Assembly: GCA_015485355.1 (NCBI GenBank)
Contig: WFTQ01000065.1
Location: 17,391 to 81,390 of the forward strand
Direction of reading: 5' to 3'
DNA length: 64,000 bases
DNA from: a bacterium
GTDB lineage: Bacteria > Calditrichota > Calditrichia > RBG-13-44-9 > J042
This document shows, piece after piece, positions 63,166-64,000 of the stretch. The notes under the pieces are model-generated. The model was not told where the DNA came from. It made no database searches and saw only the letters and a program-made list of their open reading frames with translations. The translations under genes were made by a program, and so were the position numbers. How positions within the stretch are numbered: position 1 is the first letter of the stretch; every line of letters begins with the position of its first letter.

Positions 63166-63483
63166 ATGAGGAAAGTGGTGAAAAACGATTTGGTCATGGT
63201 CATCAGTGGAAACTATCGGGGCAAAACCGGAAAAATCCTCAAAGTTTTCCCCAAAACGAATCGGGTGGTGGTCGAAGGGGTGAATTTGATCAAACGGCAT
63301 ACCCGCCCCACTCAAAAGCTGCCCCAGGGTGGGATCATCGAGAAAGAAGCCCCCATCCATATTTCCAATGTCAAAGTCATATGTCCGAAGTGTAATCGAC
63401 CGACGCGCGTGGGATTCCGTTTCTTGGACGATGGTTCCAAGGTGCGCTACTGTAAACACAAAGATTGTGGCGAGATGATCTAA
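63166..63483 (+). CDS. rplX: 50S ribosomal protein L24
   Basis: KOW motif, EAPIHISNV. Confidence 0.98.
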   Translation: MRKVVKNDLVMVISGNYRGKTGKILKVFPKTNRVVVEGVNLIKRHTRPTQKLPQGGIIEKEAPIHISNVKVICPKCNRPTRVGFRFLDDGSKVRYCKHKDCGEMI

Positions 63484-63502
63484 ATATGGGGAACGGTGAG
63501 TA

Positions 63503-64000
63503 ATGGAGAAATATATTCCACGATTCCAGAAAAAATATCGTGAAGAAATTATTCCTGCCTTGATGAAACGTTTTGGTTATAAGAACGTGATGGAGGTTCC
63601 CAGACTGGAAAAGATTGTTTTGAACATGGGCGTGGGCGAGGCGGTCCAGGATCCCAAAGAGCTGGATCGGGCGATGGGCGACCTGGCAACGATTACGGGT
63701 CAGAAACCGGCATATACGATGGCCAAAAGGTCCATCTCGAACTTTAAGTTACGCAAGGGGATGAAGATCGGCTGCCGGGTGACCCTACGAGGAGCACGCA
63801 TGTACGAATTCCTGGATCGTTTCATTAACCTGGCTGTTCCCCGGATTCGCGACTTTCGTGGTTTATCCGACCGATCTTTTGACGGACGGGGCAATTATTC
63901 GGTGGGAGTTCGGGAACAAATCATCTTCCCCGAAATTAATGTGGATAAAATCGATAAGATTCGCGGCCTGGACATCACGTTTGTGACCACGGCAGAAAAT
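63503..64000 (+). CDS. rplE: 50S ribosomal protein L5 (runs off right edge)
   Basis: [35 protein letters not shown]. Confidence 0.98.
   Translation, partial: MEKYIPRFQKKYREEIIPALMKRFGYKNVMEVPRLEKIVLNMGVGEAVQDPKELDRAMGDLATITGQKPAYTMAKRSISNFKLRKGMKIGCRVTLRGARMYEFLDRFINLAVPRIRDFRGLSDRSFDGRGNYSVGVREQIIFPEINVDKIDKIRGLDITFVTTAEN

Overview
Chromosomal core window from a moderately GC-rich diderm bacterium. RpoB/RpoC style, gene order and promoter style suggest a Calditrichota/KSB1-like lineage near the FCB group (inference). The right third (41.6-64 kb) is the translation supercluster: 4 tRNAs, tuf, rpmG, tRNA-Trp, secE, nusG, rplKAJL, rpoBC, rpsL-rpsG-fusA, the S10 genes and the start of spc. The left two thirds hold housekeeping genes (alaS, dipeptidase, methylcrotonyl-CoA-type carboxylase, nadK, smpB, tyrS, asparaginase, pepF) and several poorly characterised modules. 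I found no mobile elements, CRISPR arrays or rRNA. The best candidate for an undescribed system is at 33.2-37.2 kb: a secreted Cys/His-rich leader ORF with a C-proximal DHPP motif, then a 280-nt spacer with two competing RNA folds, then a Met/His-rich YtkA/FixH lipoprotein and an OprC-like copper TonB-dependent receptor. This suggests a copper-sensing ribosome-stalling attenuator using a non-RAPP motif. Two other modules stand out: a LolA-like + signal-peptide YidD-like + twin TPR-membrane cluster (27.4-31.2 kb), and a sigma-less FecR + outer-membrane barrel + CHASE2 adenylate cyclase operon (8.8-15.3 kb) that also shows an internal codon-usage shift. All assignments come from motif recognition by eye; no database searches were run.
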